56,709 nucleotides of DNA from an uncultured Lachnospiraceae bacterium (lineage in GTDB: Bacteria; Bacillota; Clostridia; Lachnospirales; Lachnospiraceae). Made by a program: the position numbers and the translations under genes. The notes under the pieces were generated by a model. The model worked only from the letters and a program-made list of their open reading frames with translations. It made no database searches and had not been told where the DNA came from. Positions 7,584-16,778 of the stretch are shown one piece after another; within the stretch, counting starts at the first letter, position 1; each line of letters opens with the position of its first letter. The stretch is taken from contig CAZBHM010000001.1 of NCBI GenBank assembly GCA_964491975.1, positions 1 through 56,709 on the forward strand, given 5' to 3'.

Positions 7584-9818
7584 ATGAAACTAAAGTATAA
7601 ATTACCTAAAGCCCGGCAGGATATGTTGGGAATTAGGAATGAAGCAGAGATTAGATATTGTGCGCCTTATGATTTGCAGTATGATAATAACAGAGCCGTA
7701 AAGGGATATGTGGACGGTGGATATGTTGTAGTAACAAACAGTCGCCTGTTTGTTACTAAGGCTGATGATATTGTTCATGACATCAGGCTTTGCGAATGTG
7801 AGAATATTAAGTGTGAGCCGCTTATTGACAACGGTATTCTTACTGTTACGATGAAAAATGGTAAGCAGTACTGTCTGGCAAGATTTTCAATGAAGCATGT
7901 GGCAAGATTTGCTTACATAGCAAAGGGCGCAGATTTGCTTTCAAAGGGCAAGGACCGAGAGATATTAAGCACCGAGCAGGAGATTTACTGCGAAAAGTGT
8001 GGGCGGGCACTTCCGGGGACAAGGAGATGTCCGCATTGCGAGGGCAGAGGTGATACATTTAATAAGTTTATGGAGCTTTGTGCACCATATAAATGGCGGC
8101 TCTTTGCAATATCACTTTTCATGATTTTCTCATCATTCTGCAGTCTGGTTACACCTGAGATTCAGCAGAGATTTATCGATGATTCACTAAGGGATGCAAG
8201 CGGTACTGCTATAGATGTGCTTAAGTTTGTATTTACGATGCTTTTTATATCGGTGGCACTTGTTGCTGTGAATGTTGCGAAGAACTGGTGGTGTGTAACT
8301 CTTGGTGCACGCATCAGTATGGATTTAAGAAGTAAGCTTTATGAAAAAGTACAGATTCTGTCGCTTTCCTTTATGAATAAGAGAAAGCCGGGAGAGCTTA
8401 TTAACAGAATAACAAGAGATACGGCGCATATAAGAAACTTTATGGAGAGTGTGTTTGGAAATATTTTTTCCATGATATTTACCATGGTCGGTGCACTTAT
8501 AGTGATGCTTTCGATGGATGTTATGCTTACGCTTGTATCCATGGCATTTATTCTGTTTGTAGTTATTATGAACCGTATATGGCGAAAAAAGATTCAGCGT
8601 ATGTTCAGAATGCAGCGTTTTAAGGATGATAAGGTTCATTCGAGACTTCAGGATGTTATTTCAGGTATGAGGGTTGTGAAGTCCTTTGGTAAGGAAAGGG
8701 ATGAGGCTGAAAGATTTACGGAGCTTACGGCTGAATTTGCAGAGGTTCAGAAGCATAATGAGACTTTCTTTGCAATGTTTTATCCGATGCTTATGTTTGT
8801 AATGGGACTTGGCCTTTATTTTGCAACTTATTACGGAGGCGTTTTTGTTATCGAAGGCAGCATGACTCCCGGTGAGCTTATGCAGTTTATAAGCTATACC
8901 GGAATACTTTATGGTCCGTTAAGATGGATGACGAATCTTCCAAAGAGTGTACTCCAGATGGTAACTTCGTTAGAGAGAGTGTATGATGTGCTTGACGAAA
9001 TTCCGGAAATAAGTGATAATAATAAGTGTGTCGATAAAGAGATTGAAGGTAATATTGAAATTGAGGATGTTACCTTTGGCTATAAACCATATGAGCCGGT
9101 GCTCGAGAATATTTCACTCAGTGTAAAGAAGGGTGAGATGATAGGTCTCGTAGGTCCATCGGGTGCAGGTAAATCAACGCTCATTAATCTTATAATGAGA
9201 CTTTATGATGTTGATGAGGGTTCGATTAAGATTGACGGTACGGATATAAGAGAGATTACGCAGAAGAGTCTGCATGACCAGATAGGAGTAGTTCTTCAGG
9301 AAACCTTCCTTTTTGCAGGAACAATTCTTAATAACATAAAATTTGCAAAAAGTGATGCAACCTTTGAAGAGGTTGTAAGAGCTGCCAAAGCGGCCAATGC
9401 ACATGATTTCATAGTTAAGACACCTGATGGTTATAATACCTATGTTGGTGAACAGGGTTATAAGCTTTCGGGCGGTGAACGTCAGAGAATTGCCATAGCC
9501 AGAGCCATTCTTAATGACCCTAAGCTGCTTATTCTGGATGAGGCCACAAGTGCGCTTGATACTGAGAGTGAGTATATGATTCAGCAGGCACTTGAGAGAC
9601 TTACCGAAGGAAGAACAACATTTGCTATTGCGCACAGGCTCTCAACACTTCGTAACGCATCAAGGCTTGTGGTAATTGACAGACACAGGATTGCAGAGGT
9701 TGGTACGCATAATGAGCTTATGGAGAAGAAGGGTATTTACTATGGACTTGTTACGGCACAGCTTAAGATGCAGGGAAGCATGCCTGTAGAAGACCCGATG
9801 GCACTGCTTGATGAATAA
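7584..9818 (+). CDS. ABC exporter, fused permease/ATPase, with an N-terminal PH-like + zinc-ribbon cytoplasmic module (paralog of 4553-6907)
   Basis: 744 aa. Walker A GPSGAGKST, LSGGERQR, Walker B LLILDEATSALD, H-loop AHRLST. The N-terminal ~165 aa carry GGYVVVTNSRLFVTK, GILTVTMKNGKQY and CEKC-N9-CPHC (nt 7989-8039). Confidence 0.9.
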   Translation: MKLKYKLPKARQDMLGIRNEAEIRYCAPYDLQYDNNRAVKGYVDGGYVVVTNSRLFVTKADDIVHDIRLCECENIKCEPLIDNGILTVTMKNGKQYCLARFSMKHVARFAYIAKGADLLSKGKDREILSTEQEIYCEKCGRALPGTRRCPHCEGRGDTFNKFMELCAPYKWRLFAISLFMIFSSFCSLVTPEIQQRFIDDSLRDASGTAIDVLKFVFTMLFISVALVAVNVAKNWWCVTLGARISMDLRSKLYEKVQILSLSFMNKRKPGELINRITRDTAHIRNFMESVFGNIFSMIFTMVGALIVMLSMDVMLTLVSMAFILFVVIMNRIWRKKIQRMFRMQRFKDDKVHSRLQDVISGMRVVKSFGKERDEAERFTELTAEFAEVQKHNETFFAMFYPMLMFVMGLGLYFATYYGGVFVIEGSMTPGELMQFISYTGILYGPLRWMTNLPKSVLQMVTSLERVYDVLDEIPEISDNNKCVDKEIEGNIEIEDVTFGYKPYEPVLENISLSVKKGEMIGLVGPSGAGKSTLINLIMRLYDVDEGSIKIDGTDIREITQKSLHDQIGVVLQETFLFAGTILNNIKFAKSDATFEEVVRAAKAANAHDFIVKTPDGYNTYVGEQGYKLSGGERQRIAIARAILNDPKLLILDEATSALDTESEYMIQQALERLTEGRTTFAIAHRLSTLRNASRLVVIDRHRIAEVGTHNELMEKKGIYYGLVTAQLKMQGSMPVEDPMALLDE

Positions 9819-9839
9819 AGAAAACAGGGAGAGAGTCAG

Positions 9840-10412
9840 ATGTTTATAATAGCAGGTTTAGGTAATCCCACCGACAGATATGCAGGTACAAGACATAATG
9901 TGGGATTCAGAGTAATTGACGAGCTGGCAAAAAGAAATAATATTCCTTTGAATAATAAAAAGTTCAATGCCGTTTGTGGCAGTGGTGTAATAGGCGGCAG
10001 CAAGGTGCTGCTGCTTAAGCCACAGACATATATGAACAACAGTGGTGAGAGTATAAGAGCTGCGGTTGACTTTTATAAGACGGATACAGATACAGAGTTG
10101 CTTATAATATACGATGACATTTCACTTGACGTAGGGCAGCTTCGTATAAGGGCAAAAGGCAGCGCAGGCGGTCATAACGGTATTAAGAGTATAATAGCAC
10201 ATATCGGTTCACAGGTGTTTGCACGCATTAAGGTGGGAGTAGGTGAGAAGCCGGCAGGCTTTGACCTTGCTGACTATGTGCTTTCGGTATTTCCTGAAAG
10301 TGAGAAAGAAGCAATACAGGAAGGAATTGAGAATGCGGCAAAGGCAGCTGAAATATTCTTAAATGAGGGTATAGAAACAGCCATGAACCAGTATAATAGA
10401 AAGAACAGTTAG
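9840..10412 (+). CDS. pth: Peptidyl-tRNA hydrolase
   Basis: 190 aa with the N-terminal signature GLGNPTDRYAGTRHNVGF. Sits in the conserved pth-mfd gene order. Confidence 0.95.
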   Translation: MFIIAGLGNPTDRYAGTRHNVGFRVIDELAKRNNIPLNNKKFNAVCGSGVIGGSKVLLLKPQTYMNNSGESIRAAVDFYKTDTDTELLIIYDDISLDVGQLRIRAKGSAGGHNGIKSIIAHIGSQVFARIKVGVGEKPAGFDLADYVLSVFPESEKEAIQEGIENAAKAAEIFLNEGIETAMNQYNRKNS

Positions 10413-10462
10413 ACTGTGCCGTTTAACCATTAATAAAAATAAATAATCTTAGGAGGTGTGGC

Positions 10463-13400
10463 GTGAACTGCGTAACTGCCCCTTTGAGGGAGCTTAATGA
10501 ATTTGAAGAGATTAGTACATTTCTGGCGAGAAATACAGGTACCGTGTTCACAAGCGGCTGTATTGACTCGCAGAAGGTGCATTTTATAAAAGGCTTGGGA
10601 GAAAATTTTTCTTACAGGCTTATTTTGACGTATTCGGAAATAAAGGCTAAGGAAATTTACGAAGACTATAAGTTCTTTGATGATAATGTATACTATTATC
10701 CGGCGAAGGATTTAATTTTCTATAATGTAGATATTCACAGCAACCTTATTGTGAAAGAACGTATTGCTGCACTTAAGGCGGTTATTGAAAAAGGCAGTGC
10801 TACACTTATTCTGTCGGTAGATGGCTGTATGGATAAGCTTTTGCCGTTTGAAGATGTTAAGAAAAATATTATAACCATAACAGAAACAGATGTTGTTGAT
10901 ATTGATGAGTTAAAAAAGCTTCTTATAGCAACCGGATATGAGCGGATGGCGCAGGTAGAGGGGAGTGGTCAGTTTGCAATCCGTGGCGGTATTATTGACA
11001 TTTATCCGCTTACGGAGGAAAATCCGGTAAGAATTGAGCTGTGGGATAATGATGTTGATTCAATAAGATATTTTGATATTGAGAGCCAGCGTTCGATTGA
11101 CCGTATAGAGAAAGTTACGATATATCCGGCGAAGGAGATTATTTTAAGTAAAGAAACATTAAACGCCGGAATGGAAAAGATTAAGGCAGAGCTTAAGGTA
11201 TGTGCGGCAAAGCTTAGTGCAGGCGGCAGAATAGAGGAGGCATACCGTCTTAAGAAGAGTGTATCTGAGGCACTCGAGGAAATGAATACACTCATAGATT
11301 CGGTGTCGCTTGACAGCTATATAGGATATTTTTGTGAAAATACAGTGTCACTGCTTGATTATTTTCCGCGTGAAAATACGGTTATTTTTGTGGATGAGCC
11401 GGCAAGAGTTGCAGAGAGGGCAGAGGTTGTGGAGCTTGAGTTTAGGGAGAGCATGGCTCACAGACTTGAGAATGGATATCTGCTTCCGGGACAGACTGCG
11501 CTTATTACCGATACCAAAAGTACATTTGCACATATTTCGTGCTATAAGAGTGTGCTTCTTGCGGCACTTGAGCAAAAACCAAAGTATTTTGACGTAAGTC
11601 ATACCTTTTATCTTAGTGCGCAGAATGTAAGTCCTTATAACAGCAGCTTTGAGACGCTTGTAAAAGACCTTACCCAGTGGAAAAAGAGAGGCTATCGGGT
11701 GCTTTTGTTATCAGGCTCAAGGACAAGGGCAAGGCGGCTTGCTGATGATTTAAGAGGGTTTGAACTTCTGGCATATTACAGGGAAGACCTTGATACTGAA
11801 ATAAAGCCCGGTGAAATTATGGTTACTTGTGGAAGTGTCCACCGGGGATTTGAATATCCGCTTATTAAATTCGTTGTCATCACTGAAACGGATATTTTTG
11901 GCGTGGAGAAAAAAAGTAAGAAACGGAAATTTACCGGTGACGGCAAGAAGATAGTAAGCTTTAATGATTTAAGCATCGGTGATTATGTTATACATGAAGG
12001 CCATGGACTTGGAATATACCGTGGAATTGAGCAGATTGTTGTAGACAGGGTTGCAAGGGATTATATTAAGATTGAGTATGGTGACGGCGGCAATTTGTAT
12101 GTGCTTGCCACTAATCTTGATACCATACAAAAATATGGCGGTGCAGTAGCAGGCTCATCTGATGGCGAAGGCAAAAAGCCTAAGCTTAATAATCTCGGAG
12201 GACAGGAATGGCATAAGACCAAGGCTAAGGTTAAGGGAGCAGTTAAAGAGATTGCAAAGGAGCTTGTAGAGCTTTACGCACAAAGACAGGCAAAGGAAGG
12301 TTTTGTTTACGGTCCTGATACAGTATGGCAGAAGGAGTTTGAGGAAATGTTTCCTTATGAGGAAACGGCGGACCAGTTGAACGCGATAGATGCTGCCAAG
12401 AAGGATATGGAAAGTACAAAAATCATGGACAGACTTATCTGTGGTGATGTGGGCTATGGCAAGACAGAGGTTGCAATACGTGCAGCATTTAAGGCTGTTC
12501 AGGAAGGTAAGCAGGTGGTATATCTTGTACCAACCACGATACTTGCCCAACAGCATTATAACACCTTCTGCCAGCGTATGAAGGATTTTCCGGTAACCGT
12601 AGAGCAGCTTTCGAGATTCCGTACACTCAAGGAGCAGCAAAAGGCAATTGATGGTCTTAAGAAGGGTTTTGTGGACATTGTAATAGGCACACACAGAGTA
12701 CTTTCAAAGGATGTTGTTTATAAGGACCTTGGACTTCTTATTATAGATGAGGAGCAGAGATTTGGCGTTACCCATAAGGAAAAGATTAAGCAGTTAAAAT
12801 CTAATGTTGATGTGCTTACACTTACCGCGACACCGATTCCAAGAACACTTCATATGAGCCTTATAGGAATAAGGGACATGAGTGTGCTTGAGGAACCGCC
12901 CATGGACAGACTGCCGATTCAGACATTTGTGCTTGAGTATAATGAAGAGGTTATACGAGAGGCAATTAACAGGGAGCTTGCAAGAAATGGACAGGTGTAC
13001 TATGTATATAACAGAGTTAATGGTATAGATGAGATTGCTGACAAGATAGCAAAGCTTGTACCGGAGGCTCAGGTTGGCTATGCGCATGGTCAGATGAGCG
13101 AACGCCAGCTTGAGAAAATTATGTTTGAATTTATAAATGGCGAGATAGACGTACTTGTTTCAACCACGATTATCGAGACAGGTCTTGATATTTCCAATGT
13201 TAACACCATGATAATACATGATGCGGATAAGCTAGGCCTTTCACAGCTTTATCAGTTAAGGGGCCGTGTAGGACGTTCTAACCGGACTTCATATGCATTT
13301 CTTATGTATAAGAGAGATAAGCTTCTTAAAGAGGTTGCTGAAAAACGTCTTCAGGCGATACGAGAGTTTACTGACCTTGGTTCAGGCTTTAAGATTGCCA

Positions 13401-14014
13401 TGCGTGACCTTGAAATCAGAGGAGCAGGTAACATACTTGGAGCCCAGCAGCATGGGCACATGGAGGCAGTAGGTTATGATTTATACTGCAAGATGTTAAA
13501 TGAGGCGGTTAAGACCCTTAAGGGTGAGATTGTACCTAAGGACTTTGAGACAACCGTTGAGATGAAGGTCAATGCATATATTCCGGAGGGATATATTAAA
13601 AATGAGACACTTAAGCTTGATACCTATAAGCGTATTGCGGGTGTTGAAACAGAGGAAGAATATAATGATATGCAGGATGAGCTTGTGGACAGATTCGGAG
13701 ATATGCCGGAATCAGTATCTAACCTGCTTCTTATCTCATATATAAAATCACTTGCGCATAATGCGGACATTACTGAGATTAATGCCAACAGAGCAGAGAT
13801 ACGTTTTAAAATGTACGAAAAGGCTTGTGTTGACACGGTAAAAATTCCTGCACTTATAAGCTCATATGGCAGAAAACTAAAATTTGTAGGCGGAAGCATA
13901 CCACAGTTTATATATACATTTGATAAGAAGGACAATGTAAATAATGCGAAACTTGTAGAGGTAACAAAGGAGCTTGTGGAGAAAATATCAGAGCTCCAGA
14001 TAAAGGGAGAGTGA
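10463..14014 (+). CDS. mfd: Transcription-repair coupling factor Mfd
   Basis: 1183 aa. CarD/RNAP-interaction region GDYVIHEGHGLGIY. SF2 helicase motifs GDVGYGKTEVA and LLIIDEEQRFG. TRCF C-terminal domain is present. GTG start with an AGGAGG RBS. Confidence 0.95.
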   Translation: MNCVTAPLRELNEFEEISTFLARNTGTVFTSGCIDSQKVHFIKGLGENFSYRLILTYSEIKAKEIYEDYKFFDDNVYYYPAKDLIFYNVDIHSNLIVKERIAALKAVIEKGSATLILSVDGCMDKLLPFEDVKKNIITITETDVVDIDELKKLLIATGYERMAQVEGSGQFAIRGGIIDIYPLTEENPVRIELWDNDVDSIRYFDIESQRSIDRIEKVTIYPAKEIILSKETLNAGMEKIKAELKVCAAKLSAGGRIEEAYRLKKSVSEALEEMNTLIDSVSLDSYIGYFCENTVSLLDYFPRENTVIFVDEPARVAERAEVVELEFRESMAHRLENGYLLPGQTALITDTKSTFAHISCYKSVLLAALEQKPKYFDVSHTFYLSAQNVSPYNSSFETLVKDLTQWKKRGYRVLLLSGSRTRARRLADDLRGFELLAYYREDLDTEIKPGEIMVTCGSVHRGFEYPLIKFVVITETDIFGVEKKSKKRKFTGDGKKIVSFNDLSIGDYVIHEGHGLGIYRGIEQIVVDRVARDYIKIEYGDGGNLYVLATNLDTIQKYGGAVAGSSDGEGKKPKLNNLGGQEWHKTKAKVKGAVKEIAKELVELYAQRQAKEGFVYGPDTVWQKEFEEMFPYEETADQLNAIDAAKKDMESTKIMDRLICGDVGYGKTEVAIRAAFKAVQEGKQVVYLVPTTILAQQHYNTFCQRMKDFPVTVEQLSRFRTLKEQQKAIDGLKKGFVDIVIGTHRVLSKDVVYKDLGLLIIDEEQRFGVTHKEKIKQLKSNVDVLTLTATPIPRTLHMSLIGIRDMSVLEEPPMDRLPIQTFVLEYNEEVIREAINRELARNGQVYYVYNRVNGIDEIADKIAKLVPEAQVGYAHGQMSERQLEKIMFEFINGEIDVLVSTTIIETGLDISNVNTMIIHDADKLGLSQLYQLRGRVGRSNRTSYAFLMYKRDKLLKEVAEKRLQAIREFTDLGSGFKIAMRDLEIRGAGNILGAQQHGHMEAVGYDLYCKMLNEAVKTLKGEIVPKDFETTVEMKVNAYIPEGYIKNETLKLDTYKRIAGVETEEEYNDMQDELVDRFGDMPESVSNLLLISYIKSLAHNADITEINANRAEIRFKMYEKACVDTVKIPALISSYGRKLKFVGGSIPQFIYTFDKKDNVNNAKLVEVTKELVEKISELQIKGE

Positions 14015-14018
14015 CATT

Positions 14019-15179
14019 ATGGACTTTAGTAAGGTAACTGAATTTCTTGAAACACAGAAAAATAAAAAGATTGCAGGCTGTTCCTGTATGATTTTTAAGG
14101 ATGACGAAAAAGTGTATGAGCATTACACTGGTTATGCTGATATTGAAACAAAGAAGCCTGTTGATAAGGATACAATTTTCAGAATATATTCCATGACAAA
14201 GGTTATCGTCTGTACGGCGGCGTTGCAGCTTTATGAGAGGGGACTTTATAACCTTAATGACCCTCTTTCAATGTATATGCCGGAGTTCCTTAAGAGCCGT
14301 GTATTTGAAACTATGCCTAATGGGCTTGTAAGGGTTAAAGAGGCGGCAGGACAGATAACGGTTAAGGATTTATTTACGATGCGGGCAGGACTAACCTATG
14401 ATGACCCGTCTACAAGAACCGGAAGAGCCATTATAGAAATGATGAAACGCATGGAGGAAAAATATCCATGCCGTACATATACAACAAGAGAGTTCGCAAG
14501 GGAGCTTTCGGGTATTCCGCTTGCGTTCGAGCCGGGAAGCCACTGGCATTATAGTATGTGCCATGATGTACTTGGTGCATTTATTGAGGTTATATCCGGC
14601 AAAACACTTGGAGAATATCTGAAGGAAAATATTTTTGAGCCGCTTGGCATGGAAGATACGGCTTTCCATTTTGGTGAGGATAAGCTTAAACGTCTTGCTA
14701 CCATGTATACAGAAAAGGATGGCTGTCTTATGCCGTTTAATCATCCATGGGATAACTATGGTCTTAATTCTGTGTATGAAAGTGGTGGTGCAGGGCTGAT
14801 GTCAACCCTGAGTGATTACATGAAATTTGCAAATACCCTTACAAGAGGCGGTACAAGTGCCAGGGGTGAAAAAATCATAGGGCGCAAGACAATTGACCTT
14901 ATGAGAAGTAATCATTTAACGGATGCGCAGCTTAAGGATTTTGACTGGTTTACACAGTTAGGTTATGGCTATGGTCTTGGCGTGCGCACACTTATCGATA
15001 AGGCAGCAGGCGGAGTAAATACCTCTTATGGCGAATTTGGCTGGAGTGGAATGGCAGGTACATGGGTTGCAATTGACCCTGAGGAAAGACTTACGGCAGT
15101 TTATATGCAGCAGAGAATCCCAAATCTTGAGGATTATACGGTGGCAAGACTCAGAGCTGCAATTTATGGCTGCCTGTAA
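14019..15179 (+). CDS. Serine hydrolase, beta-lactamase/esterase (class C-like) family
   Basis: 386 aa. S-x-x-K nucleophile motif YSMTKV near the N-terminus. Overall resemblance to family VIII esterases and penicillin-binding-like proteins. The start is 4 nt after the mfd stop. Confidence 0.8.
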   Translation: MDFSKVTEFLETQKNKKIAGCSCMIFKDDEKVYEHYTGYADIETKKPVDKDTIFRIYSMTKVIVCTAALQLYERGLYNLNDPLSMYMPEFLKSRVFETMPNGLVRVKEAAGQITVKDLFTMRAGLTYDDPSTRTGRAIIEMMKRMEEKYPCRTYTTREFARELSGIPLAFEPGSHWHYSMCHDVLGAFIEVISGKTLGEYLKENIFEPLGMEDTAFHFGEDKLKRLATMYTEKDGCLMPFNHPWDNYGLNSVYESGGAGLMSTLSDYMKFANTLTRGGTSARGEKIIGRKTIDLMRSNHLTDAQLKDFDWFTQLGYGYGLGVRTLIDKAAGGVNTSYGEFGWSGMAGTWVAIDPEERLTAVYMQQRIPNLEDYTVARLRAAIYGCL

Positions 15180-15246
15180 GATATGCAGTATAATTGTGAA
15201 AATAATATTTGAGCAACAAATAATTTTTTGAGAGGAAAATATCATG

Positions 15247-15288
15247 TGGTCTGCTATAGCTTATGCCTATAGCAGACCATTGTTTTTT
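15247..15288 (+). terminator. Rho-independent terminator after the serine hydrolase gene
   Basis: Perfect 13-bp stem TGGTCTGCTATAG / CTATAGCAGACCA (15247-15259 / 15267-15279), 7-nt loop, followed by TTGTTTTTT. Confidence 0.85.
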
Positions 15289-15308
15289 GATATTTTACAG
15301 ACTAAATC

Positions 15309-15326
15309 AGTTATGATATCATAACT
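15309..15326. promoter_or_regulatory. Perfect 18-bp palindrome AGTTATGATATCATAACT upstream of metY (candidate operator; contains T-N11-A)
   Basis: The sequence equals its own reverse complement. It lies 73 nt upstream of the metY ATG and overlaps -10-like hexamers (TATGAT). T15311-N11-A15323 fits the LysR-type box pattern. Confidence 0.45.
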
Positions 15327-15398
15327 TCATAAAAGAAAGCAGCAGAGTTTGGTTTAGCTGTTACATTTAAGGATATGATTTGGAAGGAGATACATATT

Positions 15399-16685
15399 AT
15401 GAGTAAGAATAATTTAAGATTTGAAACATTACAGCTTCACGTGGGACAGGAAGAAGCAGATTTGGCAACAGGCGCAAGAGCAGTACCTATTTATCAGACG
15501 GCATCCTATGTTTTTAATGATTCAGCGCATGCAGCGGCGAGATTCGGACTTACTGATGCAGGTAACATTTACGGCAGACTGACCAATCCGACACAGGACA
15601 TACTTGAAAAACGTATTGCGGCTTTGGAGGGCGGTGTGGCGGCACTTGCACTGGCATCGGGTGCGGCAGCCATTACATATACGATACAGGCACTGGCGCA
15701 GAATGGTGACCACATAGTTGCACAGAAAACAATATACGGCGGAACTTATAATCTGCTTGCGCATACGCTGCCGCAGAGCGGCATCAGTACAACTTTTGTG
15801 GATGCGCATAATCTTAATGAACTTGAAGAAGCCATTAAGGATAATACAAAAGCGGTTTATCTTGAAACACTTGGAAATCCCAACGCAGATATTCCTGATA
15901 TTGAGAGGATAGCAGAGATTGCGCACAGACACGGACTGCCGCTTGTGATTGATAATACGTTTGGAACACCTTATCTTATAAGACCAATTGAGTATGGTGC
16001 GGATATAGTGGTACATTCGGCAACCAAGTTTATCGGCGGACATGGTACAACACTCGGTGGAATTATTGTGGATTCAGGCAGATTTGACTGGGAGGCAAGT
16101 GGAAAACATAATGCCATTGTAAAGCCTAATCCCGGCTATCATGGCGTATCATTTGTGAAGGCTGCGGGAAGTGCTGCGTTTGTAACCTATATAAGGGCAG
16201 TCCTTTTAAGAGATACGGGAGCAACGATTTCACCGTTTAATGCCTTTTTACTTTTGCAGGGTGTGGAAACGCTTTCCTTAAGGCTTGAACGACATGTGGA
16301 AAATACAAAGAAGGTTGTGGATTTTCTGGCATCGCATCCTAAGGTTTTGAAGGTTAACCATCCATCACTTAAAGACCATCCTGACCATGAGCTTTATGAA
16401 AAATATTTTCCGCAGGGTGGTGCAACCATCTTTACATTTGAAATAAAAGGTGGTATAAAAGAGGCACATAAGTTTATTGACAGTCTTAAGATTTTTTCAC
16501 TGCTTGCTAACGTGGCAGATGTGAAAAGCCTGGTAATTCATCCGGCTACAACTACACATTCCCAGCTTGGCAGTGAGGAACTTTTAGCGCAGAATATCAA
16601 GCCTAACACGATAAGGTTATCAATAGGAACGGAGCATATTGATGATATTCTGGAGGATTTGGAGCAGGCGCTTGAGCAGGTTTAA
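15399..16685 (+). CDS. metY: O-acetylhomoserine sulfhydrylase / aminocarboxypropyltransferase (PLP-dependent)
   Basis: Cys/Met-metabolism PLP enzyme with lysine motif VHSATKFIGGHG. The N-terminus MSKNNLRFETLQLH is typical of the family. The ATG at 15399 has a GGAAGGAGA RBS 8 nt upstream; the ORF-track start at 15375 has none. Confidence 0.9.
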   Translation: MSKNNLRFETLQLHVGQEEADLATGARAVPIYQTASYVFNDSAHAAARFGLTDAGNIYGRLTNPTQDILEKRIAALEGGVAALALASGAAAITYTIQALAQNGDHIVAQKTIYGGTYNLLAHTLPQSGISTTFVDAHNLNELEEAIKDNTKAVYLETLGNPNADIPDIERIAEIAHRHGLPLVIDNTFGTPYLIRPIEYGADIVVHSATKFIGGHGTTLGGIIVDSGRFDWEASGKHNAIVKPNPGYHGVSFVKAAGSAAFVTYIRAVLLRDTGATISPFNAFLLLQGVETLSLRLERHVENTKKVVDFLASHPKVLKVNHPSLKDHPDHELYEKYFPQGGATIFTFEIKGGIKEAHKFIDSLKIFSLLANVADVKSLVIHPATTTHSQLGSEELLAQNIKPNTIRLSIGTEHIDDILEDLEQALEQV

Positions 16686-16778
16686 ACTAGCGGTTTGGTA
16701 CGCAGTATGGGTTTATGAAGGTTCCTGCGTTGAACGGTAACGGTTTTAGCGTTAAAGAAGGTAGCAAAGGAGTGTAGC

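Noticed and set aside
12155-12694. 179-aa minus-strand ORF within mfd, and similar ORFs within metY (15522-16043), fsa (27789-28268), cls (29022-29483) and the CaCA gene (44574-45101)
   Set aside because: All are reverse-frame ORFs inside confidently assigned genes. Their composition (Cys/Leu/Ile/Lys or Ser/Pro rich) and lack of start signals argue against coding.
15180-15398. Search for a SAM riboswitch or T-box leader upstream of metY
   Set aside because: After the upstream terminator only about 110 nt remain. I found no S-box core, specifier/T-box sequence or leader terminator.
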